Below are positions 23,892-34,269 of a stretch of 64,000 nt of DNA, one piece after another (the first letter of the stretch is position 1; every line of letters starts with the position of its first letter). Where the stretch lies: assembly GCF_050920415.1 (NCBI RefSeq), contig NZ_CP169309.1; one strand, given 5' to 3'. A program made the translations under genes and the position numbers. Source of the stretch: Escherichia coli (GTDB lineage Bacteria; Pseudomonadota; Gammaproteobacteria; Enterobacterales; Enterobacteriaceae). Under the pieces are notes generated by a model. The model saw only the letters and a program-made list of their open reading frames with translations, was not told where the DNA came from and made no database searches.

Positions 23892-24110
23892 TTAGTGCTG
23901 ATCCCTGTGGCTAACGAGTTTTTCCCTTACTCGATTAACCAGATTGATCGCCAGCCAAACAAGGGCATTCAGCAAATTTATCGTCACAAGCACTTCTCCA
24001 AGCCCAGTACTGGGTTTTGCGATAAGGATGACCAGCAAGGTGATCAGCATAAATGCAATGGAAAAGATGATATAGAGAGTGAAATAATCCAGATTATTAC
24101 TATTGTTCAT
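23892..24110 (-). CDS. ymgF: Inner-membrane division-associated small protein YmgF
   Basis: MNNSNNLDYFTLYIIFSIAFMLITLLVILIA...; 72 aa from internal ATG 24110. Confidence 0.8.
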   Translation of the reverse strand: MNNSNNLDYFTLYIIFSIAFMLITLLVILIAKPSTGLGEVLVTINLLNALVWLAINLVNRVREKLVSHRDQH

Positions 24111-24241
24111 GCTACTAATGGCAATCCTGTCAAAACTTTCAAACAATTATAGCAAACAAAATAATGAACAATAGTAACAAGACGCAACGAGCTAATTAGC
24201 TGTCTATAATTACACCGCACCATGGTCTTAATGATCAATTT

Positions 24242-25765
24242 TTACTCAATCATAACCTTCACCTTCGGTTTAGAAAGGATAATTTTAACCAGGTCGATGT
24301 AGGTTACCGGTTTATAGAAATAATAACCCTGCTGAAATGTGATGTTGTTTTGATTCAGATAATCAAGCTGTTCTTTTGTTTCGACACCTTCAGCGACGAT
24401 ACTGATCGAAAGTTTACGCGCCAGATCCAGTACACAATCCAGAATCCTGGTTGATTCTGGGTCTGCATTGACACGACCAACAAAACTGTGATCAATTTTA
24501 ATATAATCAATATGCAGATCATGCAGATAAGAAAGCCCTGAATAGCCAGTACCAAAATCATCCAGTGCGATGACAAAACCATTTTCATGCAGAATGTTCA
24601 ACCGCTGAACCAGACTTTCATCAACATCTAATGATTCACGCTCGGTCACTTCCAGAACGAGGTTTAAATCGCGGCGGGTAAAACTGTCACGGAAAATTAA
24701 GCACTCGTCGACAAACGTCGGCGAAATAATATGCGAGGCACTAAAATTAATTCCGATATGAAAACCTTCCGGCAATTTACTCGCGATAGTGTTCATCTGT
24801 GTGACAACCTGATTCATCAGACTTTGTGTAAGCGGAACAATTAATCCAGATTTTTCAGCAAGTGGAATAAATGCCGCGGGTGAGATATATTTGCCGTGAG
24901 GTTGTTTCCAGCGGGCTAATACCTCAACTCCCCGCAATGACCCTTCCCGACCATTTACCACAGGTTGGTAAAAAGGGACAATCTCACCATTACTTATGGC
25001 CCGTCGCAGGACCTCTTCAGGCGTTGCGCTTTTATTAAAATACTTATCAAGCAGGTAGGCTGCGGCGCAGGCAATTAACAGAATGAATATCAAAACCCCT
25101 ACGCCATTATCGATAAGTCTGTAGAAGCTAAAGAATGGTGGTGGGTTAAAGATAATAGTGAAATGATATCTTGTGGAGTGAACCTTCTCAGTATAAGGAT
25201 AGTGTCCATTAAGCGTCATCACGTCACCGGTAGGTCCAATAATGTCATCCGCTACGCGTAATGCATACCTTACCCCTTTCAAGGGCACATTAAGCGCTCC
25301 ACGAATATGCTGATCACTTATCGTGACCAAAATACGCGTGTCTGCAAATTGGCTCTGATAGAGCAGGATAGGCAATCTATTGACGGTGTCGATTGCCGGA
25401 GCCAACAGTAAATTACTGTCAGGGAAAGCAGGAATACGAGACAGCAGGACTCGATTCCCCGGCAAGGATGTACACCAGACCATTCCGCGTTTGAGAATGA
25501 TGATTGTGCGCAAGTGAGGTTTCAGAGCTGCTTCAGTGCCAAGCTGATATTGCTCCTCGAGGTCGCATTCCTTCCCGGCAATGTTAACCGCCGCTTGAGT
25601 CGCCTGTGACGCTTCTTCAAGTATGTGATTGATATTGTTGACAGCATATCTCGCTCCCGCCGTATATGCTGCTTTTGCGGAATACCAAAGCTGGATATTC
25701 AAAATAGCGACACCGGTTATAAACAAGCATATCGCAACGAGGATGGGTATGAGTGTATTGCGCAT
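24242..25765 (-). CDS. pdeG: CSS-motif EAL-domain c-di-GMP phosphodiesterase (YcgG/PdeG)
   Basis: 507 aa; N-terminal TM plus periplasmic domain, C-terminal EAL domain. Confidence 0.85.
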   Translation of the reverse strand: MRNTLIPILVAICLFITGVAILNIQLWYSAKAAYTAGARYAVNNINHILEEASQATQAAVNIAGKECDLEEQYQLGTEAALKPHLRTIIILKRGMVWCTSLPGNRVLLSRIPAFPDSNLLLAPAIDTVNRLPILLYQSQFADTRILVTISDQHIRGALNVPLKGVRYALRVADDIIGPTGDVMTLNGHYPYTEKVHSTRYHFTIIFNPPPFFSFYRLIDNGVGVLIFILLIACAAAYLLDKYFNKSATPEEVLRRAISNGEIVPFYQPVVNGREGSLRGVEVLARWKQPHGKYISPAAFIPLAEKSGLIVPLTQSLMNQVVTQMNTIASKLPEGFHIGINFSASHIISPTFVDECLIFRDSFTRRDLNLVLEVTERESLDVDESLVQRLNILHENGFVIALDDFGTGYSGLSYLHDLHIDYIKIDHSFVGRVNADPESTRILDCVLDLARKLSISIVAEGVETKEQLDYLNQNNITFQQGYYFYKPVTYIDLVKIILSKPKVKVMIE

Positions 25766-26097
25766 TCGCTTGTCCCGGACTAAGGATTTTAATACATAAA
25801 ATGATGTTCATTCGCTCGTGCTGGCGTCTAAAGAGAGCATGGTAGAGAGCATAAGAAATATCCACGCCGAAGATAAAATTTTCTCCATCGTCATCTAACC
25901 TATTAATTATTGTGCTTAATGTGGGTAAAATTAAGCAAATCTGGCAGGATGTCAGACGTCAAGAATGGAGAACAATAGTTCTCCATTCTTGTTTAAACCC
26001 TGATATTCCGGATATATTAAGAAACATAACGACTTAAATTATTACTTTGCAACAGAATATGATACAGCTGATGGTAATTTTAAAACCTTACTCAGTT

Positions 26098-26346
26098 CTA
26101 AGAGAGCTCGGCTTCCCTGTCATTAATAATGACATCCGTTAGTGTTGTCTTATGCAATTCAATGTACTGCAAAATTTGCAGGTAGAGATCAGAAAGAATC
26201 ACACTCGTTTCATCTTTTAAACGCAAGCGTAAAGCCTGATCAATAATATGACTATTAACATACCCATGCGCCATGAACACCTCCCTCTCGAGATTTTTAA
26301 ATAAAGCACATTGAAAAATAAATCTCTCGGGAATTGAATTATTCAT
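26098..26346 (-). CDS. ymgC: Small regulatory protein YmgC
   Basis: 82-aa ORF in the ycgZ-ymgABC operon position. Confidence 0.8.
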   Translation of the reverse strand: MNNSIPERFIFQCALFKNLEREVFMAHGYVNSHIIDQALRLRLKDETSVILSDLYLQILQYIELHKTTLTDVIINDREAELS

Positions 26347-26466
26347 GTCAGCCTCGTAAAAATATCAATCCAATAGAATTATGCTGTGTATAGTCTAAGC
26401 GACAGACAAAAATAAGATGAATGAGTTTTCTATAAACTTATGCTAGTTATACTAAACAATAAAAAG

Positions 26467-26733
26467 TCACATATCATCAGCTGTGTATCGCAACACGATT
26501 TCCAGTGTTTTTCTAATCACATCAGCTTTGAGAATATCATTCGTTGTTTCCAGGGAGTGTATCAGACTTAAGATAATATTTTTATTATTAACATTATCTC
26601 CTGAAAGCATTAAATTGGTCACCGCCTGCCCTAATACAGCAGACTCTTCTTCTAACAAATTCCCCGAACTGCGAAAGTAACTTGATAACGCCTTATCAGT
26701 TATTGCGTTATGAATAGTAGTATCTTCAAGCAT
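26467..26733 (-). CDS. ariR: Connector protein AriR/YmgB (biofilm and acid-resistance regulator)
   Basis: 88-aa ORF; operon context. Confidence 0.85.
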   Translation of the reverse strand: MLEDTTIHNAITDKALSSYFRSSGNLLEEESAVLGQAVTNLMLSGDNVNNKNIILSLIHSLETTNDILKADVIRKTLEIVLRYTADDM

Positions 26734-26761
26734 GGTAACCTCTCATCTTACTTATGAAATT

Positions 26762-27034
26762 TTAATGTATTCTGTTTATTTTCTTACCATTGAATATACT
26801 TTTATTGTCAGCTATTGCTGCTCTTCTGTTAGGCCCTCCTGTATCACAGTTGCTAAAATCACGAATTATGCTATCAATTAAATCTCGTCGGAAGGCATTT
26901 TGTTCAACAGATTTCATTACGAGTAATTGCTTAATAAGAGTCTGCAACGAAAAATTTATCTTCATGCGTAATATCTGGAGCACCGCCTGGCCAGTAATTT
27001 CATGTTTTATACTTTCATTATCAGATGTCTTCAT
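26762..27034 (-). CDS. ymgA: Small protein YmgA
   Basis: 90-aa ORF; operon context. Confidence 0.8.
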   Translation of the reverse strand: MKTSDNESIKHEITGQAVLQILRMKINFSLQTLIKQLLVMKSVEQNAFRRDLIDSIIRDFSNCDTGGPNRRAAIADNKSIFNGKKINRIH

Positions 27035-27076
27035 AACGACTTCATAGTTAATCTGTCAAATAATCAGGCTGTCACA

Positions 27077-27313
27077 TTATTCAAAAAGCAACCCAATTAG
27101 TGAATTGTAGTGTTTCTGTTCCTCTTCCCCTGTCGCTTGCTCCAGTCGACAAAGAAGTTTGGTACAAAGCGACTTTCGACTCAGATTACGTCCATCTTTC
27201 AAAATTTCAGTCACAATTTCCCCGAGGGTTTCCTGCTGAGTAGGCAAGTTAGCTTTTGCAAAGTAACGAGTAATTGCCCCCGCAGAATCTGAAATCACTG
27301 AATTTTGCTGCAT
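27077..27313 (-). CDS. ycgZ: Small protein YcgZ
   Basis: 78-aa ORF, first gene of the ycgZ-ymgABC operon, divergent from bluF. Confidence 0.8.
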   Translation of the reverse strand: MQQNSVISDSAGAITRYFAKANLPTQQETLGEIVTEILKDGRNLSRKSLCTKLLCRLEQATGEEEQKHYNSLIGLLFE

Positions 27314-27367
27314 GCTACGCCTCTATTAAAAATGTTAAACGTTGTTAAGTGCAGTAACAATAGCAAA

Positions 27368-27389
27368 CTTGTACGAAATATGTGTACAG
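27368..27389. promoter_or_regulatory. TGTAC-N9-GTACA inverted repeat in the ycgZ promoter region (candidate BluR operator)
   Basis: CTTGTACGAAATATGTGTACAG lies 55-75 nt upstream of the ycgZ start. Confidence 0.45.
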
Positions 27390-27626
27390 AATGATAAATT
27401 ATTTTTTTGCAATTAGTGCTAACACCTATAAAACAATGAGATACGTAAAAATTATTTGCATCATTTGACTGACAACCTATACAAGATTCCAAACGAACTC
27501 ATCTTCAAATTTTTCCATCTTTCATCAATGTAAATAAATAGTTATGTTTTAGTATTAAAAGCAAGACACCAGAAGATATGTCTGTTACCGTCATACTCTC
27601 GCCTCGCCCATTACCCTGGACTATTA

Positions 27627-28838
27627 ATGCTTACTACCCTTATTTATCGTAGCCATATACGTGACGACGAACCTGTCAAAAAAATCGAAGAAATGGTTTC
27701 GATAGCAAATCGCAGAAACATGCGGTCTGACGTAACAGGGATTTTACTGTTTAATGGTTCACATTTTTTTCAACTTCTTGAAGGTCCGGAAGAACAGGTT
27801 CAAATGATTTATCGGGCCATATGCCAGGATCCACGGCACTATAATATCGTTGAACTGCTGTGCGATTACGCACCTGCTCGCCGTTTTGGCAAAGCAGGAA
27901 TGGAATTATTTGATTTGCGCCTCCACGAGCGCAATGACGTTTTACAGGCCGTACTCGACAAAGGCACCTCAAAATTTCAGCTAACTTATGATGACAGAGC
28001 GCTGCAATTTTTTCGTACTTTTGTTCTTTCAACTGAAAAATCAACCTATTTCGAGATTCCTGCCGAAGACTCCTGGCGTTTTATCGCTGACGGACCTGAT
28101 AAAGAACTTGATTCCTGTACCCTTTCACCAAATATAAACGACCACTTTGCCTTTCATCCTATTGTCGATCCTTTATCGCGGCGGATAATCGCTTTTGAAG
28201 CAATTGTTAAAGATAGGGAAGACAGCCCATCAGCCAGAGTGGTTGGGCAAAGCAATGACGGGGAAATCTACACAGCGGATCTCAAAAGTAAGGCACTTGC
28301 ATTCGCGATGGCACACGCACTTGAGCTCGGTGATAAAATGATTTCAATCAATCTATTACCTATGACCCTGGTTAACGAGCCTGACGCGGTCTCTTTTTTA
28401 CTTGATGAAATAAAGGCCAATGGTTTGGTGCCTGAACAAATTATCGTGGAATTTACTGAAAGTGAGGTCATATCTCGGTTTGATGAATTTGCCGATGCTG
28501 TTAAATCACTTAAGGCTACCGGTATGAGTGTAGCAATTGACCATTTTGGCACAGGTTTTGCCGGTTTGTTACTCCTGTCACGCTTCCAGCCTGACAGAAT
28601 TAAAATCAGTCAGGAATTGATTACCAATGTTCATAAAAGCGGGCCTCGGCAGGCAATTATTCAGGCGATCATAAAATGCTGTACATCACTTGAAATTCAA
28701 GTCTCTGCTATGGGTGTGGCAACACCAGAAGAGTGGATGTGGCTTGAATCTGCAGGAATTGAGATGTTTCAGGGAGATCTGTTTGCCAAAGCTAAATTGA
28801 ATGGTATCCCTTCAGTTGCGTGGCCGGAGAAAAAATAA
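27627..28838 (+). CDS. bluF: Blue-light sensor BLUF-EAL protein (YcgF/BluF)
   Basis: 403 aa; N-terminal BLUF motif (YRSHIRDD...LLFNGSHFFQLLEG) and degenerate EAL C-terminal domain. Confidence 0.9.
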   Translation: MLTTLIYRSHIRDDEPVKKIEEMVSIANRRNMRSDVTGILLFNGSHFFQLLEGPEEQVQMIYRAICQDPRHYNIVELLCDYAPARRFGKAGMELFDLRLHERNDVLQAVLDKGTSKFQLTYDDRALQFFRTFVLSTEKSTYFEIPAEDSWRFIADGPDKELDSCTLSPNINDHFAFHPIVDPLSRRIIAFEAIVKDREDSPSARVVGQSNDGEIYTADLKSKALAFAMAHALELGDKMISINLLPMTLVNEPDAVSFLLDEIKANGLVPEQIIVEFTESEVISRFDEFADAVKSLKATGMSVAIDHFGTGFAGLLLLSRFQPDRIKISQELITNVHKSGPRQAIIQAIIKCCTSLEIQVSAMGVATPEEWMWLESAGIEMFQGDLFAKAKLNGIPSVAWPEKK

Positions 28839-28957
28839 TTTTCAGCACATTATTTCACATGATTTCTGGAAATCATCGTGAAAATGAATACGTTATGTTT
28901 TAATTTAATCCACATTAAAAATAATGTTTTATCCAATTTAGCTGAAATCTTATTTAT

Positions 28958-28991
28958 ACTTTGTACAATTTTAGCGTATATTGTACAAAGT
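28958..28991. promoter_or_regulatory. Perfect 11-bp inverted repeat ACTTTGTACAA-N12-TTGTACAAAGT upstream of bluR (candidate MerR-type operator)
   Basis: Seen directly; a third GTGTACAG lies at 29003..29010; about 50 nt upstream of the bluR ATG. Confidence 0.5.
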
Positions 28992-29042
28992 ATTATTGGG
29001 TCGTGTACAGGCGACGGAGATTTATGAGCGCAAGGAGGAATT

Positions 29043-29774
29043 GTGGCTTATTACAGCATTGGTGATGTTGCTGAACGTTGCGGGATTAATCCTGTCACTC
29101 TCCGGGCTTGGCAACGCCGCTACGGTTTGTTAAAACCACAGCGCAGTGAAGGCGGACACCGACTCTTTGATGAAGAAGACATACAACGCATCGAAGAGAT
29201 CAAGCGTTGGATAAGTAATGGCGTCCCTGTAGGCAAAGTTAAAGCATTACTGGAAACCACCAGCCAGGATACGGAAGATGACTGGAGCCGCCTGCAAGAA
29301 GAGATGATGTCAATTCTTCGTATGGCTAATCCTGCCAAACTACGCGCGAGAATTATTTCACTGGGTCGAGAGTACCCGGTAGATCAATTGATTAATCATG
29401 TTTACCTTCCTGTTCGTCAGCGTCTCGTGCTTGATCACAACACCTCCCGCATTATGAGCAGTATATTTGACGGCGCATTAATTGAATACGCAGCAGCCTC
29501 ACTTTTCGAAATGCGCCGTAAGCCCGGTAAAGAAGCCATTCTAATGGCGTGGAATGTTGAAGAGAGAGCACGATTGTGGCTGGAAGCATGGCGTTTATCA
29601 TTGTCAGGATGGCATATTTCTGTCCTTGCTGATCCCATTGAATCGCCGCGCCCGGAACTGTTCCCGACGCAAACATTGATTGTCTGGACTGGCATGGCAC
29701 CAACGAGAAGGCAAAACGAACTATTACAACACTGGGGTGAGCAAGGTTATAACGTCATCTTTCATGCCCCCTAA
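29043..29774 (+). CDS. bluR: MerR-family repressor BluR (YcgE)
   Basis: 243 aa; N-terminal MerR HTH ([30 protein letters not shown]). Confidence 0.9.
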   Translation: MAYYSIGDVAERCGINPVTLRAWQRRYGLLKPQRSEGGHRLFDEEDIQRIEEIKRWISNGVPVGKVKALLETTSQDTEDDWSRLQEEMMSILRMANPAKLRARIISLGREYPVDQLINHVYLPVRQRLVLDHNTSRIMSSIFDGALIEYAAASLFEMRRKPGKEAILMAWNVEERARLWLEAWRLSLSGWHISVLADPIESPRPELFPTQTLIVWTGMAPTRRQNELLQHWGEQGYNVIFHAP

Positions 29775-29994
29775 TTTCACCTTTATCCCGCCCCTTAGAC
29801 AGAATCTTATAATCTGAACCCACAACAGCGTTTGTACCGGAGCTGATCCGTTGCAAAATGCTCACCGGGAGAATTCAGGTAATCCCCCTTTCACACTTTG
29901 TACATATCACAGCCAAAGGACAGACCAGCTTGAAGTGAGAAAACCGATCGTGCACACTACGCACTCTCACAACTAACAAAAGGTTATTATCCTG

Positions 29995-30399
29995 ATGGAT
30001 CAGGTCGTTGTTTTTCAAAAGATGTTTGAAAAAGTGAGAAAAGAGCAAAACTTCTCCTGGTTTTATTCAGAATTAAAACATCACCGTATTGCACATTACA
30101 TTTATTATCTGGCTACGGATAACATCAGAATTATTACTCACGATGAAACAGTTTTGTTATTAAGAGGAAACCGTAGCCTGTTAAAAGTCAGTACAACCAA
30201 AAATCCAGAAAAAATTAAAGAGGCGGCATTGCTTCATATTTCTGGGAACTCTACATTTTGGGAGTATTGTACAACACTGGCAAGTGCTGGCGTTTTCCGC
30301 TGGGTAACCGATGTTAATAACAATAAACGCGGCTACTACGCTATTGATAATACGCTGTTGTATGTTGAAGATGTGGAAAATAACAAGCCATTAATCTAG
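29995..30399 (+). CDS. ycgX: DUF1398-family protein YcgX
   Basis: 134-aa ORF in conserved position. Confidence 0.8.
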   Translation: MDQVVVFQKMFEKVRKEQNFSWFYSELKHHRIAHYIYYLATDNIRIITHDETVLLLRGNRSLLKVSTTKNPEKIKEAALLHISGNSTFWEYCTTLASAGVFRWVTDVNNNKRGYYAIDNTLLYVEDVENNKPLI

Positions 30400-30594
30400 C
30401 AAAGTTTTAACACATAAGAGAACTATCATAATTCAGTAAAATAACAAAAAAGAGGTCTTTCTATGACTTATCAGAACTCCCTTTTTATTGTTATCCATAA
30501 TTGTTCAGCCGACCAATACTATAAATCTGACATTTGACATGCCTCCTTTGCCGTTCTGATACGTTACTTGTATTACAGTTATCAAACCCACAAA

Positions 30595-30662
30595 TACAAC
30601 GGGCGTGTTATATGCCCGTTCAATACTTAATAGGTATAGCGTTAACATATTCTTGATAGCAT
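30595..30662. repeat. Diverged duplicate of the icd 3' end plus terminator hairpin (icdC-like remnant); left boundary of the islet
   Basis: CAACGGGCGTGTTATATGCCCGTT (26/27 identical to the hairpin at 36911..36934) followed by TTAACATATTCTTGATAGCAT, which matches the last codons of icd. Confidence 0.65.
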
Positions 30663-31229
30663 GTATTGCATACCTCCAGCCTTAGAGTTATCTCCGGCTA
30701 ACTCCACCAAACATGGCTGCACACAGCCAGATAAGAACGCTTGCGCGCATCTGGATATCATACCGCTGCTGGAACTGTTTCTTAATCATCCTACCTTATT
30801 AGACCTATTCGATACTGGCCATTATGAAGGACGCAAAGTAAGCGCTTTTTATGCGTTTTTGCTGAGTTATCATCACGTTACCTTAATATTATCAGGAACG
30901 AGTTAACGCTGCTCATAACGGTCAAACCGATACTATAAAGCCCAATAATTGAAACCTTTTCATCATGTCAGGAAGATAGTCATCCTTATGATCTTTATAT
31001 AAAAAAGCCAACCATGGGGTTGGCAAAGTGGCACAAACCAGCATAAAAGCTATGCTTTGTTTACAAATCTTCTTTGAATTAAATATATATCGTCCTGACT
31101 AAACAGAACTAAAACGGAATGAATTATTTAATCATGTTACTAAATTTCATTTTGTTTAGCCTCTGTTGAGATCCCTTGTTTTAAATTTCATTTAGATAAA
31201 ATTCTTAATTAAATCCTTGGGAGTCAATT

Positions 31230-31490
31230 ATGTCTATGCAAAGTCAAGGAATGAACTTTGAAATGAACCTATACGCATATTTGAATAAATATGATAGTCG
31301 GCTTTCAGAAGAAAAACTTGCAATTGATAAGGCAGTTAGAGATTTATATCTTTGCAACGAACACGTGGATAACAAGAGCATTATACTGAAATTGCTCTCA
31401 TTTTTATCATCTGCTGATGACATTGTTGAAAAAGATATTATCAGGAATGCTTTGGAAGTGGTGCTTCTTTTTACATTAGACGATATTTAA
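31230..31490 (+). CDS. AriR/YmgB-family small protein (paralog)
   Basis: C-terminal half HVDNKSIILKLLSFLSSADDIVEKDIIRNALEVVLLFTLDDI aligns with AriR at 26467..26733 ([42 protein letters not shown]). Confidence 0.7.
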   Translation: MSMQSQGMNFEMNLYAYLNKYDSRLSEEKLAIDKAVRDLYLCNEHVDNKSIILKLLSFLSSADDIVEKDIIRNALEVVLLFTLDDI

Positions 31491-31737
31491 GTCATCTCAG
31501 GAGTTTTAATACACGAAGAGTGCCCGGATACTAGCGATTATATTCATATTTAATTATTAGTGCGGGGAAAGAGATTATGCATTGGCATATTTCTCTAACG
31601 TCCGTGATAGAAAAAAACTTTAAATATAAATAAAGAACAAACCACCTTTGCATTCAACCTCATCTGAGCTGACTATAGTACAAATTATATTGATATTCTT
31701 TATCAACATCATTGGAACAGAAGAATAAGGCGAAGAA

Positions 31738-32061
31738 ATGAAGTGTATAGTAATTGATACTGTAATACAACCTTCGTGTGGTATATATTTTTCAGTCATA
31801 TGGAGCGATATGAAAATGATCATTTGGTATCGTTCAAATATATTTCTCCCACCTGGCAGCATATTTACAGTTATTAAGTCAGGTATTATACTCGAGGATA
31901 AAGAATATCCGATCAGTATTTTTAACGTGGCGCTATTCAACAAAAATTTATGGAATTTAATCAAAAATAGTCAAGAGTGTCCTACAGAATCAAACAAAAT
32001 TACGAATAAATGCATGCATAAGCATTGCATTATGCAAATATGTCCACATGGTCTCAAGTAA
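31738..32061 (+). CDS. iraM: Anti-adaptor protein IraM-like (RssB inhibitor family)
   Basis: 107 aa; MKCIVIDTVIQPSCGIYFSVIWSDMKMIIWYRSNIFLPPGSIF... resembles IraM/YcgW by recall. Confidence 0.75.
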   Translation: MKCIVIDTVIQPSCGIYFSVIWSDMKMIIWYRSNIFLPPGSIFTVIKSGIILEDKEYPISIFNVALFNKNLWNLIKNSQECPTESNKITNKCMHKHCIMQICPHGLK

Positions 32062-32793
32062 TGGGGGTTATTTAACCTTCCCTATATGCTATAGATAAAT
32101 CTACCAAAAACTGCCCCTTCGTAGAGGGGCGCTATGATTTTGTTTTATTTGAAGGCATGGTGCTGAATGTATTCGTTGAATCCAGATTCAACACCTGAAG
32201 CTGCACTTAACCCATAATACTTGTTTCTGGTTCCTCTACCGAGTGGTCAAACAATGATATGTATGTGACGTCAGAGTTTATTTTTTTAGTGTTTAATGCT
32301 ATTAATTTAACGTAGTTACCTATCTTTTTTCTACCTTCTGAACTAACCTTAGGTTTCAACGTAACCGGCAGGAGGGGCTATCCCCAATCTTAAATTTTGC
32401 TGCCCGATTTGCTCAAGCCAAAGTTTTAATTTTACAACCTATAAACCTGAGTTAAATCAACCTCATGGTGCTGTCTGTTCCCGCTGTGGAACAAGACTCA
32501 CTGCAACATCTTGCATTCCTAAACTTCGCAGAAGGCGATGGGCAAAAACTGTACTGTAATGTTATTTCGATGTCTCTTATGGTAAATAGGAGGCATCGAG
32601 GCTAAGTGAGCAGCCTGCTTGCTTCTCAATCCTGGATACTATCAGCATTCACGCAGATGAAATGATGATATTTCGCGTAAGAAAGAGGCATTTTTTTATC
32701 AACTTCACATCGGAGATGGTAATAATCCTATGGGTCCAGTCCATATGAGGGGGCAACATACTATAAAATTCACAATCATAAATTAACTATATA

Positions 32794-34269
32794 TCAAGAA
32801 CGCCAAAAAAATCCTGAAAATAGTATAATAACAGGGTAAATTTCAAGTCGACCAAGAATCATAGCAATACACATGAGATATTTTGCAATATCATTAAGAA
32901 CACCGAATGAGGATGCGGTAGCCCCAAAACCCAGCCCCATATTATTAATGCATGCAGCGACTGTCGCAAATGATGTAAGGAAATCATATCCCATACCATT
33001 TAGCACCAGTATAAAAAACACTGTAAAGAAAGTATAAAGAAAAAAGAAACTCCATACAGACCTCATTACGCGGTCTGTAACAATCTTCCCTCCTACATTT
33101 ACACTAAGCAATGCTCTGGGATGAGAAAGCTGATTTATTTCGTGTTTACTTTGTTTAAAAAGTATAAGAAATCTAAGTGATTTAATTCCGCCGCACGTTG
33201 AGCCTATACATCCCCCAAAAAAACTTGACAGCAGCAAAAAAACTATCGTATGTGTGGGCCAGTTTGAATAATCCTGCGTAGCTAAACCATTATCAGTGAG
33301 CATGGAGCTAGCAAGAAAAAACGAATGAACAACACTTCCAGTTAAGTCATACATACCTATATGCCAGACCTGGAAAGAGGTAACAATGATAACACCTGAA
33401 GCTATTAACAAAAAGAAACGAAGTTCAACATCTCTGAGTAAGGGTTTTATTGTTTTCCTGCTTATAACAACATACCAAAGAGTGAAGTTGAAAGCCGATA
33501 ACAGAGAAAAAGAGCCCGCCACCAGTTCAATCAAATAATTATTGAAATAGCCGATACTCTCACTATGAGTTGAAAAACCGCCAAGAGAAACTGTAGAAAG
33601 TCCATGACAAATAGCATCAAACAAAGGCATTCCTGCAAGTCGATAACAAACAATACAAGCAATGCCTAATAAAGAATAAGTTATCCAAAGTGTCCGCGAC
33701 GTATCAGCCAAGCGTGGAGTCAGTTTGTCATCCTTAAATGGCCCTGGCATTTCTGACTGATAAAGTTTTGCACCACCAATACCCAATAATGGCAACACAG
33801 CAACTGCCAGAACAATAACCCCTAAACCGCCTATAAAATTTAATTGTGACCGGTAGAACAAATATGCCCGAGATAATGAACTGACATCATCAATTACTGT
33901 TGCTCCTGTTGTTGTTATTCCGGAAACCCCTTCAAACAGCGCGTCAGCAAACGTTAAATTAAGCTCTGAATCAATCCATAATGGAAATGCGCTAATAATA
34001 GAAAATAAAATCCAAAACATTACAATTATAATAAACCCATCACGGGTGCGTAATTGAATGCCAGATTTTTTAGTGGTATACCACGCTCCGCCACCAATAC
34101 AAAAAAATATAACAAAAGTAATAAAAAAAACGAACAAGCTTTTTTCTTTATAAAACAATGCTACAACCATTGGTGGTAACATTGAAAGACTATAGAGCCA
34201 GACCAAGAACCCACACATATGAGTTACAACTCTTACATGAGATGTATTCATATCCAAATGTTCTTTCAA
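32794..34269 (-). CDS. TrkH/TrkG-family potassium uptake membrane protein
   Basis: 491 aa, polytopic, with repeated selectivity-filter-like GxGxxxGG segments (GGLGVIVLAV..., STCGGIKS...). Confidence 0.75.
   Translation of the reverse strand: MKEHLDMNTSHVRVVTHMCGFLVWLYSLSMLPPMVVALFYKEKSLFVFFITFVIFFCIGGGAWYTTKKSGIQLRTRDGFIIIVMFWILFSIISAFPLWIDSELNLTFADALFEGVSGITTTGATVIDDVSSLSRAYLFYRSQLNFIGGLGVIVLAVAVLPLLGIGGAKLYQSEMPGPFKDDKLTPRLADTSRTLWITYSLLGIACIVCYRLAGMPLFDAICHGLSTVSLGGFSTHSESIGYFNNYLIELVAGSFSLLSAFNFTLWYVVISRKTIKPLLRDVELRFFLLIASGVIIVTSFQVWHIGMYDLTGSVVHSFFLASSMLTDNGLATQDYSNWPTHTIVFLLLSSFFGGCIGSTCGGIKSLRFLILFKQSKHEINQLSHPRALLSVNVGGKIVTDRVMRSVWSFFFLYTFFTVFFILVLNGMGYDFLTSFATVAACINNMGLGFGATASSFGVLNDIAKYLMCIAMILGRLEIYPVIILFSGFFWRS

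Noticed and set aside
30661-30906. 81-aa plus-strand ORF starting inside the icd-like repeat
   Set aside because: Begins within the duplicated icd 3' remnant, has no convincing RBS and no recognisable features; most likely a remnant-derived frame.
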